From: Epiperipatus broadwayi
Taxonomy: Eukaryota; Animalia; Onychophora
Assembly: GCA_028023455.1 (NCBI GenBank)
Contig: JAQFVV010000008.1
Span: 18,290,001 to 18,354,000, forward strand
Length of the DNA: 64,000 bases
Direction: 5' to 3'
The notes under the pieces were generated by a model. The model saw only the letters and a program-made list of their open reading frames with translations. It had not been told where the DNA came from and did no database searches. Every line of letters begins with the position of its first letter. Within the stretch, counting starts at the first letter, position 1. The translations under genes were made by a program, and so were the position numbers. Of this stretch, positions 52,787 through 64,000 are shown piece by piece.

Positions 52787-52948
52787 CTTATTTGACACTC
52801 TACAATGCAGTTTAACATATGATTTACTTTATCTCCTCTACTGTCCAGCAGGGAGAGCTCTGATGGTGACTGCTGGACAGTTGAAACTGTAGGCAAGAGG
52901 AGATAAAATAAATCATATGTTAAACTGCATTGTAGAGTGTCAATTAAG
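52787..52948 (+). repeat. Foldback hairpin containing a degenerate hammerhead
   Basis: Arms of about 53 bp. 52857-52894 reads GCT-CTGATGG-T-GACTG-CTGGA-CAGTT-GAAAC-T-GTA-GGC. No TSD found. Confidence 0.6.
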
Positions 52949-54001
52949 TTGTATTATATTATATATAATTCAGCAATGCAAATAAAAAGGAGAAGTTTCT
53001 TTCTTTATATTTAGACAATCTTGAGATTAGTCAGTATGGATATTTCTTTTGCCACTGATAACAAAATAATGATGAAATGAAAGACATATGCTTTATAGTT
53101 ATAATCTTTTATCAGTAGTTAATAGCTAACTGATTTGGGCAGATTTATTCTCTTTTTGTTTCATTTTTCTCTTTTATTTTATTTTTTAGTCAAGCTTCTA
53201 TAAAGAGATTTTGTTTATATATCCCTCTCTTATATCCTATAGTGTATAATGTCTCATGTTGAAGAGAAAGATTTATTTGATTGTCTATTTATTTATTTTT
53301 TGTCTATTTTTTTTTTTAAATTCATTTCAGTTCATTTCAATATTTGAATAAATCAACTAAACAAAAGAATAAATAAATTGCTTAATCTTTTATCAAAGTC
53401 AGACAAATTCTCAAACTAACTTTCTTTCATTCTACTAGCATTCTTATATGGACTAATATAATTTTACATTACCATAAGAATTTGCACATTGTCCAATTCA
53501 TTAACAGTATCAAGTCTTATATCCTCTTATTTAAGTCTATATATATACAGTCATATCTAAAAAAACAAATATAAAAAGAAACATCAAGTAATTTAAATCA
53601 GAAATAGATTTTAATTGTTCTAGATTATTTTCACTACTGTTTTATTATTTCTAATAGATTTGGATTACAAAACAATAGTAAATACATAAATAAAATAAAA
53701 ATCTTTCAATATTATCGATTTATAATTGTTATTTTAAAAAATGTCATTCAACTTTACTATACATTTTTTTTTTTTTAAAGTGTATACATTTATTTTTAAA
53801 ACATCTTTCATCTTAAATATACATTTACATACAAAAAAAAAGTTTTAGTTTTAAAAACACAATTTCCTAGGCATCAGATAATGAGTTTTCTCCTTTTGTA
53901 TATATATTTTTTATAAATGAATCAATCAACAACAATAATAACAAAATTCAACTGTATTTAATTTTAATTTAACACTGAGCTGCAGTATGAGTATACATTT
54001 G

Positions 54002-54207
54002 TCATCATCATTCATCATTGTCAGCTATTATCAATCCATTGCAGGATGAAGGTCTCTCCAAGTTCAATCTATCTTCTCTGATTTCTAGCCTCTCTTCTCC
54101 ATATCACCCATGCACACTTTCTTATTTCATCCATGCATCTCACATGAGCTCTCTTTCTGGGTCTTTTACAATCTCTTGGAAACCAGTTTAAGACTTCAAT
54201 TGTCTAT
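54002..54207 (-). mobile_element. RTE LINE 3' end fragment
   Basis: Same 3' sequence and (GAT)n tail as the 32083 element. Confidence 0.8.
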
Positions 54208-54799
54208 GAAAATGTTATCAAAAATAACCTATAGCCACCACAAAAAATTTTTTTATTAAAGGTATCACGAATTTCCCTAATATTTTATTATATTTTTCAA
54301 TGGCTTGATATCAGTTTGACATGGGTAATCCTAAATTTTAATAAGATCTTACATAATTAAAGATTATTGTTCTTTTCCCCAATAAATCTAAGTCCTAAAG
54401 TTGAAAAATATTTAATCCAAATTCAGTTTTCAAATTATCATTATTTGATTTAGCAATTTTAGAAATTTAAATATATATATATATTGGTAATATATTATCT
54501 GAGAATAGCTTCTGATTACAATAAAATGTGTAAAAATGAATGAAATAACTTTTCCTATCTTTTCAGTGATTATTCTAGCTAACACTGGAGATTAGTAAAA
54601 TGGTAAACTGCATTTATGTTATTGGTTAAAGTGTGTGTTTAATCTCAAAAGCTTTTATTTATGAAAAATAATGTTTACATGCTTATAACAGACAGAAAAA
54701 AATTGTTTTACACATCATCAACAGTCTGGGACCATTTGTATATTGATTATCTTCTGATAAATAATAGTATACTGATGTAGTTTTTCTATTCACCTATCA

Positions 54800-55730
54800 G
54801 CATTGATGCAAAATGAATCTATTATTCATCTTTTGCTTAGCGACTAATGATTCGGTGGATCTGGTATATTAAATAACTTCCACATTTCATTATACATGAA
54901 TTTTGATGCAATGGTAAAGTCTGTTTTTTACTTTCCTAATAATGTTCATGAAAAGACTGACTGGTTCAGGGACAGGCACTGTGAACAATAGGTTACATCT
55001 AACATTCCATATAGCGTGTACAATAAAGATGGAAAGTCTAATAATAGGAAACTGTTTAGTTTGTAAGGCTTCCCTTACAGACATGATTTTGTAGTAATCC
55101 ACCCTTAAGTTTTGGTATATGGCTAAATTAATTTTATTAAACCCAGGGTATGAGTATATTATATGGTTGAATGACTCTTCTTGCCTTTTACATCTTTGAC
55201 AAAAAGAGTCTATCTTATTGCAGAATCTTTTGAAATGAAGGAATTTATTTGTGGGCATGGTTTCTAAGTTTATTTTAATAATGAGATTAAGGTATTTAGG
55301 CTCAAGAGTGAGAAATTTAAAAATTGTTGTTAATTTGTAGTTGGTGAAGCCAAGATTTGAAGCAATTGTGGGATAATTTGGATTAATTATACTGTAGACC
55401 TCCCAGATGGTAATTTTTGATTTTTATAATTTATGATCTATAGTTAAATGCTGGTTAAGCGTCCAGAGCAGTTGATCCAGCCAGCACATTTTATGAGGTG
55501 GAGGACGGTCTGTAGGTTGAATTGGTTCACTGAAAGTTATTGATTCATGTTTTTTCATCAGGTTAATAATTAATGTAAAAGATTTTTGAAAAATAATTGC
55601 ATCAATGGAGTGGAAGGACATCCCATTGTATCTACGATGTACTTGCATTCTGGACGTGCTAATTGATGTGGTTCTGTCCTTCCAGAAAAGTTTGGAGCAG
55701 CAAGAGGAATAAGGTGCCTTCAATTAATAA
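54800..55730 (-). mobile_element. 5'-truncated L1/Tx1-clade LINE (C-terminal zf-RVT-like region)
   Basis: LETMPT...FCQRCKRQEESFNHII and HAIWNVRCNLLF match the CCHC and IW..R motifs at the end of L1/Tx1 ORF2. Confidence 0.7.
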
Positions 55731-56437
55731 ACAGAAAGTACCAAAATATATAGTTGCAAATTAGTTTCAGATTTATATAGCTGTTCAAACAGGCTGACTT
55801 CCATTCAAAGCCTTATGTTAATTTTCAATGCTGATCTGAACCTACCAATCAATCAATATTAATTGCTAATTCTAATTTCTAGATTATTTTTTAAAATACT
55901 GTTTATATATTATTACATTAATTGCATAACATTATTTAAAATGTAAAAAAAAAAATAATTTAGTACTTATTCCAAACAAATGTTGATATCAAAAATATTT
56001 ACAGTATATTAAGTAAATTAATAATTGCATTTGTACTTACTAAATTTTATATTATGTCAATGAAAAAAAAGCAATAATTACCAATTAACCTTTCAACCTC
56101 TTTAATTTTAAAAGGCAAAGCAACTTCTTTAGGAATTTCTGTCTTTTCCCTTATCTCCCACCCCTTTATATTTCAGTAATGTTTTGTAAGATTTAACAAT
56201 ATTTAGTCTCTTAAAAATCAACTATAAATATTTTTAATAAGGTTACCATTAAGGTTACTCTATTGTTAATTGCTAAGAGAAATAATAAAAAAAAAAGGAT
56301 AAAAAATGGAAGTTATATCAATTAAGTTTGCTAATTTAAAATATTTAATGAAATGTTTTTTTTCTTAGATTTTATTGTCAAATGTGTTGTTTTGTTTTTT
56401 GAATATGACTATTCAAGATTAAACAAAAAATGGTAAA

Positions 56438-57324
56438 ATATAGAGGATTTGGACGCAGACTTTCAAACTTTTCATCCATCCACTCTATCTCATAAACTGA
56501 TATACATGACCACATGTGACAAAGATAAAGGATCTCCACTATATGTATTTGATCCAGATCACCATCTCATACACACATATATAATCAATGCTCTGTTTTA
56601 TATTAAGATAATGAATCTTTGCACTTTAATGGAGAAGCTTCAATCTACTCCATCCTCTAACTCTTCAGCTATCTGTATCATTGAATTCACTGCTAATGCC
56701 AATATTATTGTCATGCCCATGTTAACTTTAAGTCATTCTGATCCCTCATGTATAGGATCTTGTTCATTATAATACACAGATAAGGGATGGACAAAATATA
56801 GGCTGAAATTGTAATATTTGATATATAAAATATAGTTGTATTTAAAATATTACAAATTCAGCCTGTAGTCTGTGCATCCCTTTTCTATGATTTGGATGAA
56901 CAAGATCCTATCATGAAGGGTCAGAGTGACTTAAAGTCACTATGGGCATGACAATAATATTGGAATTAACTAGGAATTTGGATAATCCATCATCAGATTT
57001 TCAATGGTATGGATGGCTGAAGAGTTGGAGGGTGAAGTAGTTTGAAGCCTACTCATTAAAGTTTGAAGATTTGCTATCGTAATAAAAACAGAGCACTGAT
57101 TATATATGTGTGTGGGAGATGATGATCAGGACCAACTAATGAGTGCTAGTTCAGATGAATTATATATATTGGAGATCATTGATCTTTTTCACATATATGT
57201 GGTCATGTTTATCAGCTTATGAGAGAGAATGGATGGCTGAAAGAAGCTTGAAAGTCTGTGTTTAAATCCCCTATATTACAGGTAGACTCCAGGTATATAA
57301 AATATAATTCTACTTAAAATATTA
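56438..57324 (+). mobile_element. Old long foldback element (arms of about 400 bp) with tail and TSD
   Basis: 56437-57279 is a diverged inverted repeat with a 45-bp tail. Candidate TSD AAAAAATG(G/A)TAAA at 56425-56437 and 57325-57337. A homologous fragment lies at about 31098-31400. Confidence 0.7.
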
Positions 57325-58329
57325 AAAAAATGATAAATAAATAATCATGATCAGCAGCAACAGCTATTTGTAAATAAATATGACCATTCCAGCTTCAAGA
57401 TATAATTAATGATAATGCATTAGAGATGAGTTTTACAATGACTATACATGCTAATGCATGAACTACAAAAAGTCCACATACAGAACACATTGGTTTAATG
57501 TTCTGTTTATTTGACATGTTGCAATTAACTCTTGTAGCAAACTTTTTCTCCTAAATCTCCAATAAATTCCATTTTCAACTATATCCTCCCAATAAACTAT
57601 AATCCACATTGCATCTCTTTAAAATGTTTTGGAATCTTTGTAATGTAAACAAAGTTGGCCTCTTCCAGAAAAACCATGATCAAGTTGACTATAATTTTTT
57701 TTTTTAGTAAGACTTGTATTATTCATTTATTTTATATGTCAAATTCAAAGATAAGGTAATTTTATAATATCCTATCCAGCAATGTGAAAAACATATTAAT
57801 CACATGTATAATCTTAGCATCAGTCTTAAGTAAAAAATTTCAAATGCCTTTATGTTACATTAATCAGATCTCCAAATCTATTTCCATATAATAATAGACT
57901 AATAGATATATTAAACGCTTGTCGATGCAAAGTAAGAAAACCGCTATATATAGCAATTTCATTGTAATAGTTATTTGTTTGTGATGATATCCTTTATTTT
58001 TTAAGGTGTTAAATCAGCAGCAACACATGGTAGTCCATGCTACTTTCCAGCATCTAAACCCATCTTTCTACTTAAAAAAATACATTATCAAGTTGATAAC
58101 CACCCAATTAGAAACTTGCTGATTTTTTTTTTTTTTTTCAAAATTAATACAGCATGCGAGTTATTAGAATATTAATTATTAAATCAAATACTTTACACAA
58201 TGCATTTAAAATATTAATCTCATTATTTGTATTTATAAATACAACAAAAATGCAATCATCACAAGGCTTACTGTAAATCCAAAAAGTTAAAATTCTTGAT
58301 TTTGTTTTAATCAATCGAATTTAAAATTT

Positions 58330-58620
58330 CACCACCAAATCTGTATTGGATCTTGATCCTTGATTCATTAAGCTGCCTTAAATAGTTCCAAAGACTGTAG
58401 ACATAAAAATTGAAAATAATGTTGGAACAATTAAAACCAGTTTTATTTTCAAATATTAACAGATTTTTCACCTGTAATAATACTTCCTCTTATTTCACCA
58501 TGTAAAAGCTGTAAAATATAAATAAACTTAAGTGGACAACCAACTAATTTCAAACAGTGCCAAATATCTCTTTGATTAATTAAGTAAAATCTCTTGACCA
58601 AAACAATAATTTTTTTTAGC
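58330..58620 (-). mobile_element. RTE LINE RT fragment
   Basis: NQRDIWHCLKLVGCPLKFIYILQLLHG, homologous to the 6700-6900 RT remnant. Confidence 0.7.
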
Positions 58621-58631
58621 ATTTTCTTAGC

Positions 58632-58721
58632 TGGCCTAGTGGTTAGCATAGCTGCCTTCCAAGCAGCTGGCCCGGGTTCACTTCCCGGTCAATGCATTTG
58701 ACACATGAAAAAAAAAAAAAA
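58632..58721 (+). mobile_element. tRNA-Gly(TCC)-derived SINE, copy 4 (5' truncated)
   Basis: TGGCCTAGTGGTTAGCATAGCTGCCTTCCAAGCAGCTGGCCCGGGTTCACTTCCCGGTCAATGCATTTGACACATG(A)n. Confidence 0.85.
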
Positions 58722-60232
58722 CATATCTATAATGCTTTTTAATTCTTTAAAACCACACTGAGTCCTTGTAAGCATTCTAAGCATTCATCCGCAACAGGAA
58801 GCAACATAATTCTTTAAAAGTACCTTTTGTGTATTGGTTAATAATGAGCTGCTCAATTTGATCTATTCCCTTTATTTTTTACTAGTTAAAAAAATAGAAG
58901 CACAACTTTAATGAGTTTATATATTCCTTAACAATTCAAATATTTTTGAAGCTAATATACAAATGTTTTAAAACTTCCACACTACTGCATCAGAATACAG
59001 TGGTCTTTTCATTTTTATGATTACAAGAAGTACTTCACTAAGCTGATATATTTGTTCAAATCTAAATGAATACACAAATTGGATGTATCATTAAAAATCA
59101 TCAATTCTTGCATTATTATTTAAAAGATGAACAAAATATTAATTCTCTTTTGTTCAAAATAACATGATCATCAGATTACGAAAGAGTTGTCATTGATGAA
59201 ATTAAAAGGATTATGATGTCATTTTTCAAATAAGCCCTTATGCTATTTTTGATATATTTAAATAAATCATGCAGTATAATATATCTTTATATAACAGCAA
59301 TAATTGTATATACAATAAAAATAGTACAGGAAAGTTTTTTTTCTGCAAATATTTATTTTTTTCCCTTTTCAATATGATGAAATTATTTTCAAGTTTTAAT
59401 AAACATTGCATACATAGTGACACTTATCTTTTTTATATTTATGTAAAATTAATTTGGACTAATTGTTTAATTCCATCACATTGAAAAGGGGGGAAATAAA
59501 TATTTGCCAAAAAAAGCTTTTCTGTATTATTATTTTTATTATATTGTAACCGGACAAGATCATTCAACCTCTTTACATCGTTTGTAACTATTTCCTGATG
59601 AGTATGTTGCAGAAAGGAACTATAAATTGGCATTCCCCAATGCAGATGTTATCCCCCTGCAACAATATTTCCTGCTCATCAAAGGATGTAGCACCATAGA
59701 GACTGGAAACAACTATAAATTTATCTGTTTGGTTTCCCAAATGGCACCACTAGAGTTCCATCTCACTACAACCTTACTTACCATCATCTGGCTATACCGA
59801 ACATAGCTCAGGAGGCATGAGATTATTGTGAACCAGTGCATAAATGGATGAATGATGTAAATAAAATTGACAAATGATATTATTTATTTTGAAACAACAA
59901 TTTTATTTAACAACAATGTGAATTAAAGTAATTAAAGAAGAGGAAGGAAAAGTTTGCTGACAGTCTCTATGCGGGCTGTCTTCCTATCCATGTGCACATC
60001 ATGGATATTTTCTAATTGTTCCAGAGTGGGAATTATCCTTCTAGGTTTGAAGCTCCCTCATCTTCATAGATACGTATCCATGTGTATAGCAGTCATTAAT
60101 TTACTTAGGTATCTTGAACTGTTTATTGTATCCAAGTATCTTGAAGTATCTACTTTATCCATATATTGAGGATTATGTGTTTTAACCCAGCAATCCCAAA
60201 GTATTAATTTTTTATTTTACATATCATACATG

Positions 60233-60790
60233 TGTGGGTTTGAATCTCATATCAATAAAATTTGAAGTCATTATTGGGAAGAGATTTATTGTTACTTATC
60301 ATATTCCGTGTGGGTTTGAACCACTTATTCACCATATCGCTACATTTTGAAGTCATTATTTGAAAGAACATTATATTATTATATTCAGTGTAGTTTTGAA
60401 CCACTTATTCATCATATCATTATAATTTGAAGTCATTATTGGGAAGAGATGTATTATTACTTATCATATTCAGTGTTGGTTTGAACCACTTATTCATCAT
60501 ATCACTACGTTTTGAAGTCATTATTTGGAAGAACATTATATTATTATATTTAGTGTGGGTTTGAACCACTTATTCACCATATCAATACCATTTGAGGTCA
60601 TTATTTGAAAGACATTATATTATTATATTCAGTGTGGGTTTGAACCACTTATTCATCATATCAATACCATTTGAGGTCATTTTTGAAAGACATTATATTA
60701 TATTCAGTGTGGGTTTGAACCACTTATTATCATATTATTACAATTTGAAATCAATATTATTATAATTTGATGTCATTATTTGAAAGCTTT
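60233..60790 (+). repeat. Minisatellite of 7 units, 75-85 bp each
   Basis: GTGTGGGTTTGAACCACTTATTCA... recurs at about 60233, 60308, 60388, 60473, 60553, 60632 and 60707. Confidence 0.9.
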
Positions 60791-63020
60791 TTAATAATCA
60801 ATAAATCCAGAAAATGACATTTTATTAAATCATAGATTATTTTAATAAGATGGCTATCATGACATTCTGATTGGCTGCTATATACATATTTTAATGAGTG
60901 CAGTGAGGTTCAGCTAGTATCTCTATTTCAATAAACATATCTTACAAAATATTTTTATTTCATCTATTACTCCTGTGTTCCATTTTTAAATATATTTCCC
61001 TTTTGTATTACTTACAATCAATTACTTTAAAAGCAACATTTCATTATATCATATTTTAACTTAAGAAAGACTATTTGCGAAATATTTTTACTTATCATAA
61101 TAGGTTATAAAAGCTGTACAATTTTCCTACCTGAACATATCTGCTGGTTCCAGAGGCAATTCATTCTATCACTTTTCCAATCAATGAGGGGGTTCTGAGA
61201 GCTTGATAAGCCGATGGGCAGTTCACAGGCCTTGATTTATTTTACTCCATAGCTGAACCGAAGAGAGAAAGCTATTTTCAATTATTCAGACATTTGAAGA
61301 TATATTTTAACCACTTGTTTCTTCATTTAATCTTTTATTAGTTATAAGTTTCTTCTTTTTGTTGTTCACTGTTCTCCAAGCCTTGTTGGGCTAGTATTCA
61401 TATAATATGGATTTTTCTAATGTCTTGATGCGTTCTGACCATATGACTGCTACAAAAATCTCTTAAGCAATCTCTACACCCCCATTTATTTCTTTATGCT
61501 TTTGGCGGGAACAGATTCTAATAACTTTCATCTAATGTTTTTGAAAAAACAGCTATTGATTTTTAAGCCCACGGCAATCTTTATTTTTATTAATCATTAA
61601 TTACAGCCTTCTTTTTGATAATCTGTAAACTTTTGCAAAATATTGCATTTTAACAGTACTTTTAATATTTTAAAATATTAATTTTTAAATTGCTGTCATC
61701 TTTTTATTTCTTCATTATAACTTTTATTTTTTGAAACTGTGTCAGCTTTTTTTTTATTTTATCTTGACAGTTTCAAAATTTGGGGGGGGGAGGAGCTTCA
61801 AATTATATATGTGAAACAACCTGATTGTTTCATTACCCTCCGCTAAATTTTGAGATGAAATTGCCTGGAAATACGATTTCATTCCACACACTATCATTTT
61901 ATTAGTGTTGGGTCTTTACTTGTGAGATAGGCTGATGAATAGGTAAAATGAGATGGGAAAAGCAGGTGTGCGAACTGCAGCCTCCAATGTCAGGACAAAA
62001 AGATGACCAAGCATGGACAACCAGCACACAAGGCCCCATGATGTCGCGAGAAAATACCTCATTTTTAAGCACTGCCCCTTCTAAGAACTTAGACAGATCA
62101 TCCACAAGGAGTAGTATCCAGAAAAAATATCAGGCATTGAGCTAGCCCTTTTCATCTCTTGTGAGTCTTAGGGGCTATAGATGATGTCTATTCATGAGAC
62201 CAAGGCCTATTCATGAGGCCTACTTATACACTGCTGGACTACTCTGGGAGCTCAATATCTAGGTCTAGACAATGTCGAGCCTATACTTTGGAGCATCATG
62301 AACACACTGCATCCAGGCAGCCCTGCTTCACCATCCACCACCATAAACATGAAAAGCACAAATTTACATATCACCTTTACCCTGCTCACATACCCCTTCC
62401 ATCAGGTACCTTATCTTCATTGTTCTGAGGTATAACTACATCCAGGTTTGGGAGACTGAGGATCATGATCAGTTCTCCGCTGATAATTTTTCATGTTTTG
62501 AAGTGATGGACTCCTATATTCTCTTGTCTCTGGTCATTTTTCAGGCCAGACATCATCATGGTTGCTTGCTTTTTTATCCACATCACTGCATGATTTTTTA
62601 ATGATATGGGTCTGATAAAGGCTATGCATTTCACCTGTTGAATTTCTTCTTCTCTTCCATAGTGGTGCTTCATTTCTAGGAATAAATAAAGGTTTATTCT
62701 TAAATGGTTCTTCTGCCATAGCAATTATTTTTTTCATTTTTTTTGTTATTTGTAAAAGTTTCCTGATGCTTCATTTTTTTCACATTTATAAATCCTGAGT
62801 TTTCAGACTCCTTTTTGGTTTCTTTTCCTGCAGCAGCAAGTATATTTTTAATAACTGTCTTTGTAACCTTTTTATTTTTTTTGTACTCAATTTCTGATTT
62901 GAGTTGATTGAGCTTTTGTTTATGTTTTCTACATAAGGCTGAGGACTAACATACTTTTCCTTCAGATTTATGGTTTCTCTTTCCACCTCTGTTACTGCTT
63001 CAGAGCATATATCAGGCAAT

Positions 63021-63280
63021 ATTTTCTTCCATATTGGACAGTTCCTTGTTACATGAGAATTTTGATTATCTTCATTTTCATGTTTTACCTCTTCTGATTC
63101 AGAAGCTTTTAATTTTGCTTTATTAGATTCATTTTCATCAGTTTTGATTATTTTCTTCCATATTGGACAGTTCCTTAGTTACATGAGAATTTTGATTATC
63201 TTCATTTTCATGTTTTACCTCTTCTGATTCAGAAGCTTTTAATTTTGCTTTATTAGATTCATTTTCATCAGTTTTGATTA
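63021..63280. repeat. Tandem duplication of 129/130 bp
   Basis: Two adjacent copies differing by one inserted A. Confidence 0.9.
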
Positions 63281-63429
63281 TTAGTGTTGATTGGGTGGAA
63301 TAGTTTCAGGAAATTCTTTAGCTGCCTTATTTTTTTGAATTTTTTCTTTCTCACCCAATTTTTTAGACCGAGTTATTTCTTTTAGATTATTGCAAAAAGT
63401 TTCATTTTTTGTAAGCTGATTTATGCTCA

Positions 63430-63625
63430 TCTCTTTGTTTATCTCTTCCTTTATTTTCTTCTTCACATTGTTTGTTATCTTCTGTTCTTTGTTTATCTCT
63501 TTTTTGTTATCTTCTTCTCTTTGTTTATCTCTTTTTTTGTTATCTTTGTTATCATCTTCTCTTTGGTCATCTCTTTTTTGTTATCTTCTTTTTGTTTATC
63601 TCTTTTTTTGTTATCTTCTTTTATC
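63430..63625. repeat. Degenerate minisatellite of about 30-36 bp, encoding EDNKKRDKQ-like repeats on the minus strand
   Basis: Repeated TTATCTTC/TTTGTTTATCTCTTTTTTTG units. Confidence 0.75.
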
Positions 63626-64000
63626 ATTTCCATGGCTGGACTAGCATGGGAGCCTCCTTCATATTCTGTGCTTGTTGTTGATCTTCTGCTTTGGGATCAT
63701 TATCTTCTCACTTTTGTCCTTCATCACGAAGATTCTCTTTACTTTCTGTGTTCATCATCTTTTTGCTCTGGTTATCATCTATTTGAACTACAATTAATTT
63801 CTTTGCTATATTTACTCTCTGACAACTTCTTACTATTGACTTTCTTTTATTTTTTTATTTAATAAGCTTTTCTCTCTCGCTCCACACCATGGTTCAGCTT
63901 CATCTTCTTTCTCATGCCTGTTTTGTTCTTATTGCCATTTACTTTACTCAGCTATCTTAAATGGCCCTTCTCTTTTTATTGGCTCATTTTGCATCCCCAT

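Larger units (their letters stand above)
61300..64000 (-). mobile_element. Decayed L1/Tx1-like LINE (low-complexity ORF1-like region, APE remnant, possible C-terminal remnant), truncated by the window edge
   Basis: K/E/D/N-rich broken frames at about 62450-63900. APE C-terminal-like LVS.IDIIYSP...PDIFSGYYSLW at about 62080-62200. AVIWSER at about 61430-61450. Confidence 0.5.

Noticed and set aside
58449-58649. 66-aa ORF as a gene
   Set aside because: A chance fusion of the antisense SINE and an RTE RT fragment. The ORF at 38016-38201 is likewise an antisense SINE read-through.
59540-60170. Coding-like stretches on the minus strand (FIVVSSLYGATSFDEQ; MDKVDTSRYLDT)
   Set aside because: Interrupted by stops, with no recognisable family or splice frame.
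60233-60790. CRISPR-like array
   Set aside because: Whole units are homologous with no unique spacers, the context is eukaryotic, and there are no cas genes.
63030-63060. SHVTRNCP as half of a CCHC zinc knuckle
   Set aside because: No upstream CxxC, and the duplicate copy has an extra base that reads SHVTKELSN. The motif depends on a frameshift.
63423-63862. Three hydrophobic plus-strand ORFs (63423, 63472, 63521)
   Set aside because: They are antisense shadows of the purine-rich minisatellite on the minus strand and give no evidence of a membrane protein.

Overview
AT-rich (roughly 70-75% by eye) invertebrate-type eukaryotic genomic DNA. The only host gene I can support is a minus-strand Polycomb group RING finger (PCGF, most PCGF1-like) gene. 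Three in-frame coding exons (37463-37562, 20615-20767, 3167-3229) are separated by introns of about 17 kb; the start codon and the C-terminal exons were not securely found. The rest is intronic or upstream DNA filled with decayed transposons: two full-length but dead Ty3/Gypsy elements (paired LTRs, 5-bp TSDs), RTE LINEs (one split by a Gypsy insertion), two L1/Tx1-like remnants, a mariner remnant and four tRNA-Gly-derived SINEs. The most striking signal is at least 11 non-coding insertions that share one architecture: inverted arm, short 3' tail and a 9-15 bp TSD. Several carry minimal hammerhead-ribozyme motifs. They include a roughly 455-bp tandem monomer family (5 copies) and an element with a tRNA-like head upstream of a hammerhead. 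These look like non-autonomous Penelope-type or retrozyme-like RNA elements. All alignments and folds were done by eye and none was computed.
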